Assembly (NCBI GenBank): GCA_041639695.1
Contig: JBEQBQ010000003.1
Span: 1 to 12,494, forward strand
Reading direction: 5' to 3'
DNA from: Candidatus Nanohaloarchaea archaeon
GTDB taxonomy: Archaea > Nanohalarchaeota > Nanosalinia > Nanosalinales > Nanosalinaceae
Length of the DNA: 12,494 nucleotides
The notes below the pieces were generated by a model. That model made no database searches. It was not told where the DNA came from and worked only from the letters and a program-made list of their open reading frames with translations. The translations under genes were made by a program, and so were the position numbers. This document shows positions 1 to 7,462 of this stretch, piece after piece (positions within the stretch are counted from its first letter, which is position 1; each line of letters begins with the position of its first letter).

Positions 1-561
1 GCTTACTACAGTTTCAAGAACCGTACGGAAGAATCATTCTCCAACAAAGAAGCTCTCTGGCCAGGATCAACAACTGATCTCGATCTCAGAATGATGCCTA
101 TTAACTACACAGGTCAAATTGATGGCAACCTGACAGTCAATTATTGTGGCAAAGAGAAAACTATCGATAATTTCAGTCTGCAGATTGATGAAAAGATTAT
201 ACCAGAAAACGAAACATCGGTTACACCTGAGAAGGTCTCCAATACGTCAGCAGAACTAGAGATTGATTTAGAGAGCGGGGTTTTGGTGCCGGTTGAATCA
301 CCTCCAAAATGGAAGCCAGGCCCTTCAAGAATCGTGAATGGAACTGCAAAAATTGAATACGAGGCACCTATATTTAGGGAGGGAACTAACATCACTTATG
401 CAGTCCACTCAAACGGTGATACTAGCTACTACAAGGTCGGTCTCTGGAAAGAAGAAACAGTTTTCGACAAGATAACCAAGAAACAGCTTGGTATAGCTTT
501 AGCGGTCTCTGTTCTGCTGAACCTAGTTCTGGGTCTTTTGCTCATCAGGTCTAGAAAATAA
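1..561 (+). CDS. Membrane-anchored surface (glyco)protein, 5'-truncated by the window edge
   Basis: Frame +1 is open from base 1 (AYYSFKNRTEESFSNKEALWPGSTTDLDLR) into the ORF called at 91, so the true start is probably upstream of the window. Beta-rich sequence with many N-x-S/T sequons (NRT, NYT, NLT, NFS, NET, NTS, NGT, NIT). C-terminal hydrophobic helix LGIALAVSVLLNLVLGLLLI followed by basic RSRK and TAA at 559-561. Confidence 0.8.
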   Translation, partial: AYYSFKNRTEESFSNKEALWPGSTTDLDLRMMPINYTGQIDGNLTVNYCGKEKTIDNFSLQIDEKIIPENETSVTPEKVSNTSAELEIDLESGVLVPVESPPKWKPGPSRIVNGTAKIEYEAPIFREGTNITYAVHSNGDTSYYKVGLWKEETVFDKITKKQLGIALAVSVLLNLVLGLLLIRSRK

Positions 562-563
562 AG

Positions 564-570
564 TTTTAAA
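564..570 (+). promoter_or_regulatory. Putative archaeal TATA box (TTTTAAA) for the 946-aa gene
   Basis: Lies 27-33 nt upstream of ATG 597; no Shine-Dalgarno visible, consistent with a leaderless or short-leader mRNA. Confidence 0.5.
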
Positions 571-596
571 CGGTTAACACGAATACATCGTTAAAG

Positions 597-3437
597 ATGG
601 GCTTGATAGACGGATCCAGAAAACTTTTGCTTCTAACAGCCATCTTCTCAGCCATAATCGGGCTTGGATCCGCCGGTCTAACCGTCCAACACGAAACAGT
701 ATGGAAAAACAGTTACTGGCAGGAAAACGCCGGAAACATAGCAACCGGAACATGTGAAAAAGGAGAAGCAGATCTAAAATTCAGTACGGACGGCCAAACT
801 TATACTTCGGTAGGAGCCAACCTCACTCTTTCCGACCTAGGCGAATTAGACCTAGAAAAGACTTACAACGTCAAGGCATTATGTGGCGAGAATAAGACGG
901 GTGAAGGAAGTTTTGAGGTCGAAGAACTCAAAGCTGAAGTAGTTAAGGAGGGAGAGGGTTTTGTAGATTCAAAAATTGGAATGCAAAGGTTTACAGAGCC
1001 TATTGAACTGAAGGATATTGCTATTAATTCAGAAAACCTATCTGCTGATGATATTAGCTTCGTGTTTGACTCTAAAACTCCGGGAGAGGAGCTTTCTCTT
1101 AATGGCGAGCTTGAGATGGTAAATGCAGTTTCTGGAGTAAAAAGAGCTATACTTTATCCGACAGTTAATGAATACCTTCTCGGTTCACAGAAAGCCTATC
1201 TGTACATAAAATATAAGGGGCAAAGGATTGAAGAGAAAACTCTAAATACAAATATTCATCCGGTCCGTGTCACAAACTTTTACGAAAAACCCTCTGAGAA
1301 CATGGATTTCAGTGAAGTAAATAACGACTTCCTATATAGAATGGATATTACTCAGGACTCTAACGATCCGATCTCAATAAGTTCCGATAACTTTGTTGTA
1401 TCGATAGATCCTTTAACAGAGGAAGCCGACTACTCGGCGGACGAGAAGGAATGGTTCAAACTCTTGGATACGGCTCAAGCAGGCGAATACCAGCTTAAGA
1501 TGAACCAGTTCCCTGACAGTCTTCCGATAGGTAGCTACCAGTTTACTACATACTTGAAGTACGGTGATAAAGACTCCCAGAAGTTCAAGTTAGGTGAGAC
1601 AAGGGTTGACAAGAGAATCGACTTCTCCGGAACCATCAGGGATTCCCGAGGAAACGTTATTCAGACAGATATGGTTCTAAATACTGACGAAGCAAGTTAC
1701 TCTGTTTCGACCGGAAGCAACGGCAAGTATAGTACTTTTGTTGAACCGGATTCAGAGTACGATCTAAACATGAGTTTCTTTGATAGAGGCAAGGCCAGTC
1801 CTGATGCAAACTTCATGATTAACGATGCTGATCTTTCGGATGGATCGACATCTGTAACTTCAAGACCGATCAGCTTCCAGTACTGGACAAGTCCCTCGGT
1901 CGATATCTCAGGGGTCAACCCTGTGAACATGATGGCGGTTAGCTTTGCGTACGATGTTCGAGGAACTGCCTCGGCATCGATGAAGTATGATCCCGCAAGG
2001 CTGAACTATGATGAGGCCCAAGTCTACGAATGCAGCTACTGGAACTTCGAGAAAAGGGACTGTGTGGCAGGATGGTCGAAGATGGATGATGACCAGGTAT
2101 CAGTCAATCTTTACAGCAACGAGGTAAATATTGGAGATCTTGAGCTCCACGAAGTTTCAGAAGAAGTCGGGGGTTCAGAGAAAAAGACTTTGATGAACGC
2201 TTACGTTGTCGGAACTAACTCAGGGCTTTCACTTAACAACGGTATCAGGATATCGGGGACTGTAGGCGGGAAAGCCGCTGGAGGCGAGAAGATCGGTGTC
2301 TCCGGAAGAATAGTTAACGCTAAGGACGAGTTCGTGAACTCCGCAGAAGTAGAAGTCAGTTATGTTGAAGGCGCAAGAACAGTCAAAACATACTCAACTG
2401 AGACAGATATCGATGGAAAGTTCTCGATAAACAAGCCTGTACCAAAAGAAAGAGGAAACTACTCTATCAAGATTAAAGCATCTAAAAGCCCTTACAAATC
2501 TATTGAAAGAGTATTCGAACAGAAAGTTGATGTCTATGTTGAGAGAGCGATCTCAATTGAGTCTATGGACTCTCTACAGATAGACGAAGGCGAATCAGAA
2601 AACATCACGTTTACTGTTAGCAACCCTGGACAGAGAAAGGTTGAGGATATTGAACTTTCAGTTGAAGGATACCAGAACGTCGAGCTGTCAACGTATTCAA
2701 TTTCGGAGCTCTCAACAGGCAAGTCAAAAGAAGTAAAGGCTACGGTCAAGATACCTTCCGGTTTCTGTACAAACGGCTGTTCTGACTATCCTTCGTTCAC
2801 ACTGAAAGCATCCGGAACATCTGGAGGAACAAGTATAGATGAAGAGAAAGAAGTTCAGACCCAGATTATTCCTTCAAGAACAGCAAACAGCTCGTCAGCT
2901 GAACCAGAAGAGGAAGAGAATGAAAACAATACTCAGGGATTGACTTCTGAGGTTAACAGAATTATCGGTGAAGCTACAGGTGCAGCGAATGTCTCAGCAA
3001 CCAACCTGGTTCTAGGTCTGGTTATGCTTGGTATGATGGTTGTAGCAGGAGCTGTTAAGAAGAAGAATAATGAATCAGGATCGGATAGAAAACAGAGGGC
3101 TTCAAGAAGTAGTGATAGACCTAAGATTCAGAGACCTGACCTTAGTGGATCGGAACCTGAAGAAGATGAGATAGATGAAGCTATCGAGCAGATGAGTGAG
3201 ATTGAGGAGGACGAAGTTGATCAGAAGATCGAAGAAATCGCTGAACTCGAAGATGAGCACGAAGAAGATGACGATGTTGAGGCGGTTGAAGATATTGCAG
3301 AACAGGTTGAAGAAGAGGAACAAGAAGAAAGTAGTGGAGAGATCGAGGATGATACTGTTTGTCCGGTGTGTGGTAAGGAGTTCGATACTGAGTCAGGCCG
3401 GAAGCTGCACGAGCAGATGATGCACGAAGACGAATAA
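597..3437 (+). CDS. Large single-pass cell-surface protein: signal peptide, Ig-like/carboxypeptidase-regulatory-like and CARDB/NEW3-like domains, TM helix, acidic tail, C-terminal C2H2 zinc finger
   Basis: N-terminal RK plus hydrophobic LLLLTAIFSAIIGLGSAG. Two segments resemble carboxypeptidase-regulatory-like beta-sandwiches (FSGTIRDSRGN..STGSNGKYS; VSGRIVNAKD..TDIDGKFSI). QIDEGESENITFTVSNPG..ISELSTGKSKEVKATVKIP is CARDB/NEW3-like. TM NLVLGLVMLGMMVVAGAV then KKKNN; E/D-rich tail; CPVCGKEFDTESGRKLHEQMMH. Confidence 0.85.
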   Translation: MGLIDGSRKLLLLTAIFSAIIGLGSAGLTVQHETVWKNSYWQENAGNIATGTCEKGEADLKFSTDGQTYTSVGANLTLSDLGELDLEKTYNVKALCGENKTGEGSFEVEELKAEVVKEGEGFVDSKIGMQRFTEPIELKDIAINSENLSADDISFVFDSKTPGEELSLNGELEMVNAVSGVKRAILYPTVNEYLLGSQKAYLYIKYKGQRIEEKTLNTNIHPVRVTNFYEKPSENMDFSEVNNDFLYRMDITQDSNDPISISSDNFVVSIDPLTEEADYSADEKEWFKLLDTAQAGEYQLKMNQFPDSLPIGSYQFTTYLKYGDKDSQKFKLGETRVDKRIDFSGTIRDSRGNVIQTDMVLNTDEASYSVSTGSNGKYSTFVEPDSEYDLNMSFFDRGKASPDANFMINDADLSDGSTSVTSRPISFQYWTSPSVDISGVNPVNMMAVSFAYDVRGTASASMKYDPARLNYDEAQVYECSYWNFEKRDCVAGWSKMDDDQVSVNLYSNEVNIGDLELHEVSEEVGGSEKKTLMNAYVVGTNSGLSLNNGIRISGTVGGKAAGGEKIGVSGRIVNAKDEFVNSAEVEVSYVEGARTVKTYSTETDIDGKFSINKPVPKERGNYSIKIKASKSPYKSIERVFEQKVDVYVERAISIESMDSLQIDEGESENITFTVSNPGQRKVEDIELSVEGYQNVELSTYSISELSTGKSKEVKATVKIPSGFCTNGCSDYPSFTLKASGTSGGTSIDEEKEVQTQIIPSRTANSSSAEPEEEENENNTQGLTSEVNRIIGEATGAANVSATNLVLGLVMLGMMVVAGAVKKKNNESGSDRKQRASRSSDRPKIQRPDLSGSEPEEDEIDEAIEQMSEIEEDEVDQKIEEIAELEDEHEEDDDVEAVEDIAEQVEEEEQEESSGEIEDDTVCPVCGKEFDTESGRKLHEQMMHEDE

Positions 3438-3507
3438 ACTTTCTAATCAAGTATAATTATCGTTAGCACAATTCGATAAGAACTATGTTTCTGTGAATTC
3501 TTTAGAT

Positions 3508-3543
3508 TATAGTTTGAGTGACTGGCTGATCACTAAAACTATA
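3508..3543. repeat. Imperfect inverted repeat, 14-bp arms with 8-bp spacer, between convergent genes
   Basis: TATAGTTTGAGTGA (3508-3521) - CTGGCTGA - TCACTAAAACTATA (3530-3543); 13 of 14 positions pair. Confidence 0.85.
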
Positions 3544-3570
3544 GTGAGTTAGATATTTTCGAGAAAAGTT

Positions 3571-4353
3571 CTATTTCTTGAGAGTGTCCGTTAGGTTGTT
3601 CAACTTTCTTTTCAACCCGGCAAATCTAGGTTCTTCATACTGTACTCCTTCGAGTGCTGCGGCAAGCTTCTTGATCTCGAGTGATGCCTCGGACAAAGGT
3701 TCATGCTTTAGCAACGGAGTGTTCTGGAAGAGACTTTCCTTCACCTTATCATCATACGGTATCTCCGCTATGGTATCTGACTCGGTCATCATCTCAACCT
3801 CTCTCTGGATTAGTTCCCTGTCGGGTTCTCCTTCTGACATGTTGATTACTGTACCCAGAATCGGTTGTCTCATCTGCTTCGCCTTTTCAATTATCTGGGC
3901 TGCGTTAATTCCCGAGGTCTGTGTCGGCATCGTGATGATAATCAGTTCATCGCATGACTCCATAACTTTCTCGACTGTAGAGTTAAGTCCTGGAGGACAG
4001 TCAACTATAACGTAGTCAGAGTTCTTCGCTGCCTCGTTCAATAGATGTGCGAGGTTTCCTGCTTCAGGTTCTACATGGTGTATCTCGTTCGAAGATACTG
4101 CGGCCTTGATTCCGCTTGGATGCCTGAAGATGGCGTTTTCTGGATCGGAGTTCCCGTCTAGAACATGCTGTACCTTGACAGGGTGTTCGTACTTTCCTAA
4201 ATGAACTCCTAGATTTGATGCTGAGAAGTCTGCATCAACTACTGTTACTTCCTGTCCGAACTCTGAGAGGCCTATTCCCAGGTTGACTCCTAGGCTGGTC
4301 TTTCCTACTCCGCCTTTACCGGAGATCAGTCCAATTACACGGCCTCTATCCAT
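3571..4353 (-). CDS. minD: MinD/ParA-family ATPase (archaeal MinD-like)
   Basis: Deviant Walker A SGKGGVGKTS, A' motif VVDADFSASNL, Walker B YVIVDCPPG, GTVIN, EIPYDDKV, and a C-terminal basic amphipathic segment RFAGLKRKLNNL resembling a membrane-targeting helix. Confidence 0.9.
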   Translation of the reverse strand: MDRGRVIGLISGKGGVGKTSLGVNLGIGLSEFGQEVTVVDADFSASNLGVHLGKYEHPVKVQHVLDGNSDPENAIFRHPSGIKAAVSSNEIHHVEPEAGNLAHLLNEAAKNSDYVIVDCPPGLNSTVEKVMESCDELIIITMPTQTSGINAAQIIEKAKQMRQPILGTVINMSEGEPDRELIQREVEMMTESDTIAEIPYDDKVKESLFQNTPLLKHEPLSEASLEIKKLAAALEGVQYEEPRFAGLKRKLNNLTDTLKK

Positions 4354-4377
4354 ATACGGAACAATTGTACGCCTCTG

Positions 4378-4385
4378 TTAATAAA
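4378..4385 (-). promoter_or_regulatory. Putative TATA box (TTTATTAA) for minD
   Basis: 25-32 nt upstream of ATG 4353 on the minus strand. Confidence 0.55.
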
Positions 4386-4428
4386 TCACGTGTTTTTGTT
4401 GAGGGTTTAACCAAGGTTTCCAGCCATC

Positions 4429-4435
4429 TATATAA
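4429..4435 (+). promoter_or_regulatory. Putative TATA box (TATATAA) for the 137-aa gene
   Basis: 24-30 nt upstream of ATG 4459; divergent from the minD promoter. Confidence 0.55.
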
Positions 4436-4458
4436 TTCTTTACCAACAAGCAGTAAGT

Positions 4459-4872
4459 ATGGATAAGTTCTGGATCGTGGTAACATCAGTTTTCGTCATC
4501 GGAGTAATAATGGTCCTATTCGCTGGTGGCGGAACAAGCATGACGGTTAAGGATCTGGAAACAGAATGCCAGTATAGACAGACTCCCGGTCAGTCAGTAA
4601 ACATAATGGCTGACAGCATTAGATTTAGCGGCAACTTCCCAGTAAACAATATTGAACAAGAACCTGCGGTCTCTTACTCAGTAAACGGCAACAGAATAAC
4701 CTTTGAGGTCGATGTAGAAGAGGCCGAAGAACCTGAAAGCTTCTACTACAACTGTCTAGCATCCGCAGTATACGATGTAGAAACCAGTAAAAAGCCAGGA
4801 CCGGGCAACTACATTCTCTCAGTTGTACATGATGGAGAAGTAGCGGAAAGAAGGATAGTAACTATCCGCTAA
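4459..4872 (+). CDS. Small secreted or N-terminally anchored protein with a probable beta-sandwich domain
   Basis: Hydrophobic N-terminus FWIVVTSVFVIGVIMVLFAG; acidic beta-rich remainder with two Cys (TECQY, YNCLA) and a PGNYILSVVHDG terminal strand; own TATA box; stop overlaps the ppsA stop (4869-4872). Confidence 0.75.
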   Translation: MDKFWIVVTSVFVIGVIMVLFAGGGTSMTVKDLETECQYRQTPGQSVNIMADSIRFSGNFPVNNIEQEPAVSYSVNGNRITFEVDVEEAEEPESFYYNCLASAVYDVETSKKPGPGNYILSVVHDGEVAERRIVTIR

Positions 4873-7397
4873 CTCTCATCAAGCCGGTAAACCACTTTAC
4901 CGTCGTGGTTCTCCGCCTTCACTTTTCCTTCTTTCGCCAACCAGCCTAGAGCTTGGTTCAAACTTTTTCCATCAATCTTCTTCGAAGTGTAGTCCATAAG
5001 CTTCTCCGCTGAAGCCGTTCCATGACTCTTCAACGTTTCATAGACATTTCCTGCAGGGGTTCCTATCATCGCATCAACCGAGAACTCGTAGCTGACTTCG
5101 TCATCAAGATCTTCTTCAGCTTCAGCAACCTTCATAACGGTCTCCAAGGCAACGTCGGGTGAAACCGAAACCGCGTCAATACCCTGTCCTACAAGGAACT
5201 CGGCATAACCATCATGTGTAGATGGTGCGTCACCACAGATTCCTACGTGAGCGTTCTCAGAATGTGCCTTGCCGATAAGCTTCCTCACAGATTCTTTTAC
5301 TGCAGGATCTCTCTCATCAAACAGTTCGGCAAGCTTGTCCGAGTTTCTATCAACTCCTAACGTTAACTGGGTTAGGTCGTTTGTTCCGATTGAGAAACCA
5401 TCAAACACCTGAGCAAATTCCTCTGCTCTGATGATGTTCGCAGGTATCTCAGCCATGACGTAGACATCGATGTCTCCCTGATCCAGTCCGTACTCCTTCA
5501 TTCTGGCCCGGACGTTCTTTCCTTCCTGGACTGTACGGCAGAAAGGCACCATCACAGTCAAGTTATCCAGGTCAAGCTCATCAACACATTTTCTAAGTGC
5601 TTTACACTCAAGTTCAAACGCTTTAGAGAACTTCTCATCGTAGTAACGTGAGGCGCCTCTGAAACCGATCATAGGGTTGGCCTCATCCGGCTCAAACTTC
5701 TCGCCGCCCTCAAGCTGTGCATACTCGTCCGACTTAAAATCGCTTAACCGGACTACAACCTGATCGGGGTAGAAAGCAGCCGCTATCTTACCAATACCTG
5801 ATCTAAGCGCCTGAGTGTACTCCTCCTCACGACCCTCTTCGATAAGTTTGAGAGGGTGTTCTCCAACGTGAGAGGAAATAATGAACTCTTCCCTGGCTAG
5901 ACCAACACCGTCTACTGGAAGCTGTGCAAGATGGAATGCCTCGCTCGGTTCTCCGATGTTCAACTGGACGTCGGTCTCGGTCTCCGGAATATTATCGATA
6001 TGGTGTTCCTGTACCTCGAACTCTAACTCGTCCTGCCATACCTTCCCGGTAGAGCTGGAACAATCTACAGTAACGGATTGTCCGTCCTTAAGCTTGGATG
6101 TCGCATTCTCTGTACCGATTACTGCTGGAACGCCGATTTCTCTGGAAACAATTGCGGCGTGACTGGTTCTTCCACCTTTGTTAGTAATGATTGCTCCTGC
6201 CTTCTTCATGATGGGCTCCCAGTCCGGATCGGTCATATCGGTAACGAGAACTTCTCCTTCCTCAAACTGATCGATCTCCTTTGGTGAGGAAAGAACGTGT
6301 GCTTTACCAGAACCGATCTTAGACCCGATAGCTTCTCCTTCTAGTAAGACTTCTGACTCTTCCTTGAGCTTGTGATCCTCGATCACGTTTTCATCTTTCT
6401 CTGCCTGAACGGTTTCAGGTCTTGCCTGTACAATATAGAGTTCTTTGGTCTGGCCATCGTAAACCCATTCGATGTCCATCGGCTTACCGTAGTGCTCTTC
6501 GATTTCAACGGCGTAGTTCGCTAACTCTTTAACCTGGTTGTCGGTTATACAGAATTTTTCCCTGTCGCTCATCGGAACCTTTTTCTCGATGTTCTCTTGG
6601 TTGTCGCCTTTCTCATGGTCCTCGTTTCTGACAAGTTTGACCTCCTTGTCTCCAACTTTTCTCTCTATAATACCCATGTTCTCCTTGAAGACTGTGAACT
6701 CGTCGGGATTAACTTCTCCGAGTACAACGTATTCTCCTAGGCCGTAGCTACCGTTGATAGTAACTACGTTTTCGAATCCGCTGTCAGGATCTAGGGTGAA
6801 CATGACTCCTGCAGCTCCAATATCTGAACGGCCCATCTTCTGGACTACTGCAGAAAGTTTGACGTCGAAATGTGAGAATCCTTTGTCTTCTCTGTAGGAG
6901 ATAGCCCGGTTTGTGAATAGGGAGGCGAAGCAGTCCTTGATTCTTTTTATTAGATCTTGTTTTCCTGAAACGTTAAGATAAGTCTCTTGTTGCCCTGCAA
7001 ATGAGGCTCCTGGAAGGTCTTCGGCTGTTGCAGAGGATCTTACAGCAACTTCAGGATTTTCAACTCCTAAATCTTCTTCAAGTTCTTCGTATGATTTTAT
7101 GAAGTCTTTTCTAAGTGATTCAGGCATTTCTGCCTCTTTAATATGTGCTCTGATCTGTTCACCGGTTCTCTGCAGACTGTTAATATCGTCGATATCCATT
7201 CCGTCGATCAGTCTTTCAATCTTCTCCTTCAAACCGGTTTCTTTGATGAATGTGTCGTATGCGTCAGCTGTTGTCGCAAAGCCGGGGAGTACAGGCACGT
7301 TGACGTTGTTGCTTAGCTCTCCAAGGTTTGCGCTTTTGCCTCCGACCTTTGCGGTATCGTCGGAGTCGATCTCATCGAACCAGAGCACGTTGTTCAT
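4869..7397 (-). CDS. ppsA: Phosphoenolpyruvate synthase (pyruvate, water dikinase) with an additional C-terminal winged-helix domain
   Basis: VGGKSANLGEL, VAVRSSATAEDLPGASFAGQQETYLNV, PMDIEW, IVQARPETV, phospho-His motif GGRTSHAAIVSRE, DGVGLAREEF, EANPMIGFRGASRY, FSIGTNDLTQ, GICG; about 80 extra residues follow the usual end. Confidence 0.97.
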   Translation of the reverse strand: MNNVLWFDEIDSDDTAKVGGKSANLGELSNNVNVPVLPGFATTADAYDTFIKETGLKEKIERLIDGMDIDDINSLQRTGEQIRAHIKEAEMPESLRKDFIKSYEELEEDLGVENPEVAVRSSATAEDLPGASFAGQQETYLNVSGKQDLIKRIKDCFASLFTNRAISYREDKGFSHFDVKLSAVVQKMGRSDIGAAGVMFTLDPDSGFENVVTINGSYGLGEYVVLGEVNPDEFTVFKENMGIIERKVGDKEVKLVRNEDHEKGDNQENIEKKVPMSDREKFCITDNQVKELANYAVEIEEHYGKPMDIEWVYDGQTKELYIVQARPETVQAEKDENVIEDHKLKEESEVLLEGEAIGSKIGSGKAHVLSSPKEIDQFEEGEVLVTDMTDPDWEPIMKKAGAIITNKGGRTSHAAIVSREIGVPAVIGTENATSKLKDGQSVTVDCSSSTGKVWQDELEFEVQEHHIDNIPETETDVQLNIGEPSEAFHLAQLPVDGVGLAREEFIISSHVGEHPLKLIEEGREEEYTQALRSGIGKIAAAFYPDQVVVRLSDFKSDEYAQLEGGEKFEPDEANPMIGFRGASRYYDEKFSKAFELECKALRKCVDELDLDNLTVMVPFCRTVQEGKNVRARMKEYGLDQGDIDVYVMAEIPANIIRAEEFAQVFDGFSIGTNDLTQLTLGVDRNSDKLAELFDERDPAVKESVRKLIGKAHSENAHVGICGDAPSTHDGYAEFLVGQGIDAVSVSPDVALETVMKVAEAEEDLDDEVSYEFSVDAMIGTPAGNVYETLKSHGTASAEKLMDYTSKKIDGKSLNQALGWLAKEGKVKAENHDGKVVYRLDES

Positions 7398-7421
7398 GTC
7401 TACGACTTCTTGAAGCTTCCA

Positions 7422-7429
7422 TTTAAAAA
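7422..7429 (-). promoter_or_regulatory. Putative TATA box (TTTTTAAA) for ppsA
   Basis: 25-32 nt upstream of ATG 7397 on the minus strand. Confidence 0.6.
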
Positions 7430-7462
7430 GAGCGTTGTGAGTTATAAGTGGAAAAACAGGTT

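Noticed and set aside
141-2749. Minus-strand ORFs 141..395, 1697..1930 and 2534..2749 (likewise 8576..8761 and 11665..11943)
   Set aside because: Short, antisense to well-supported genes, no recognisable motifs.
3102-3450. Overlapping ORFs 3102..3323(-), 3181..3450(-) and K/R-rich 3196..3420(+)
   Set aside because: Shadows of the GAA/GAT-rich acidic tail of the 946-aa gene; no motifs or promoters.
3438-3570. CRISPR repeat, tRNA or MITE in the intergenic gap
   Set aside because: No repeat-spacer periodicity, no cloverleaf or T-loop motif, and no terminal repeats with a target-site duplication.
4869-7397. Intein explaining the extra length of PpsA
   Set aside because: Core motifs are contiguous with no intein-like insertion; the extra length is C-terminal.
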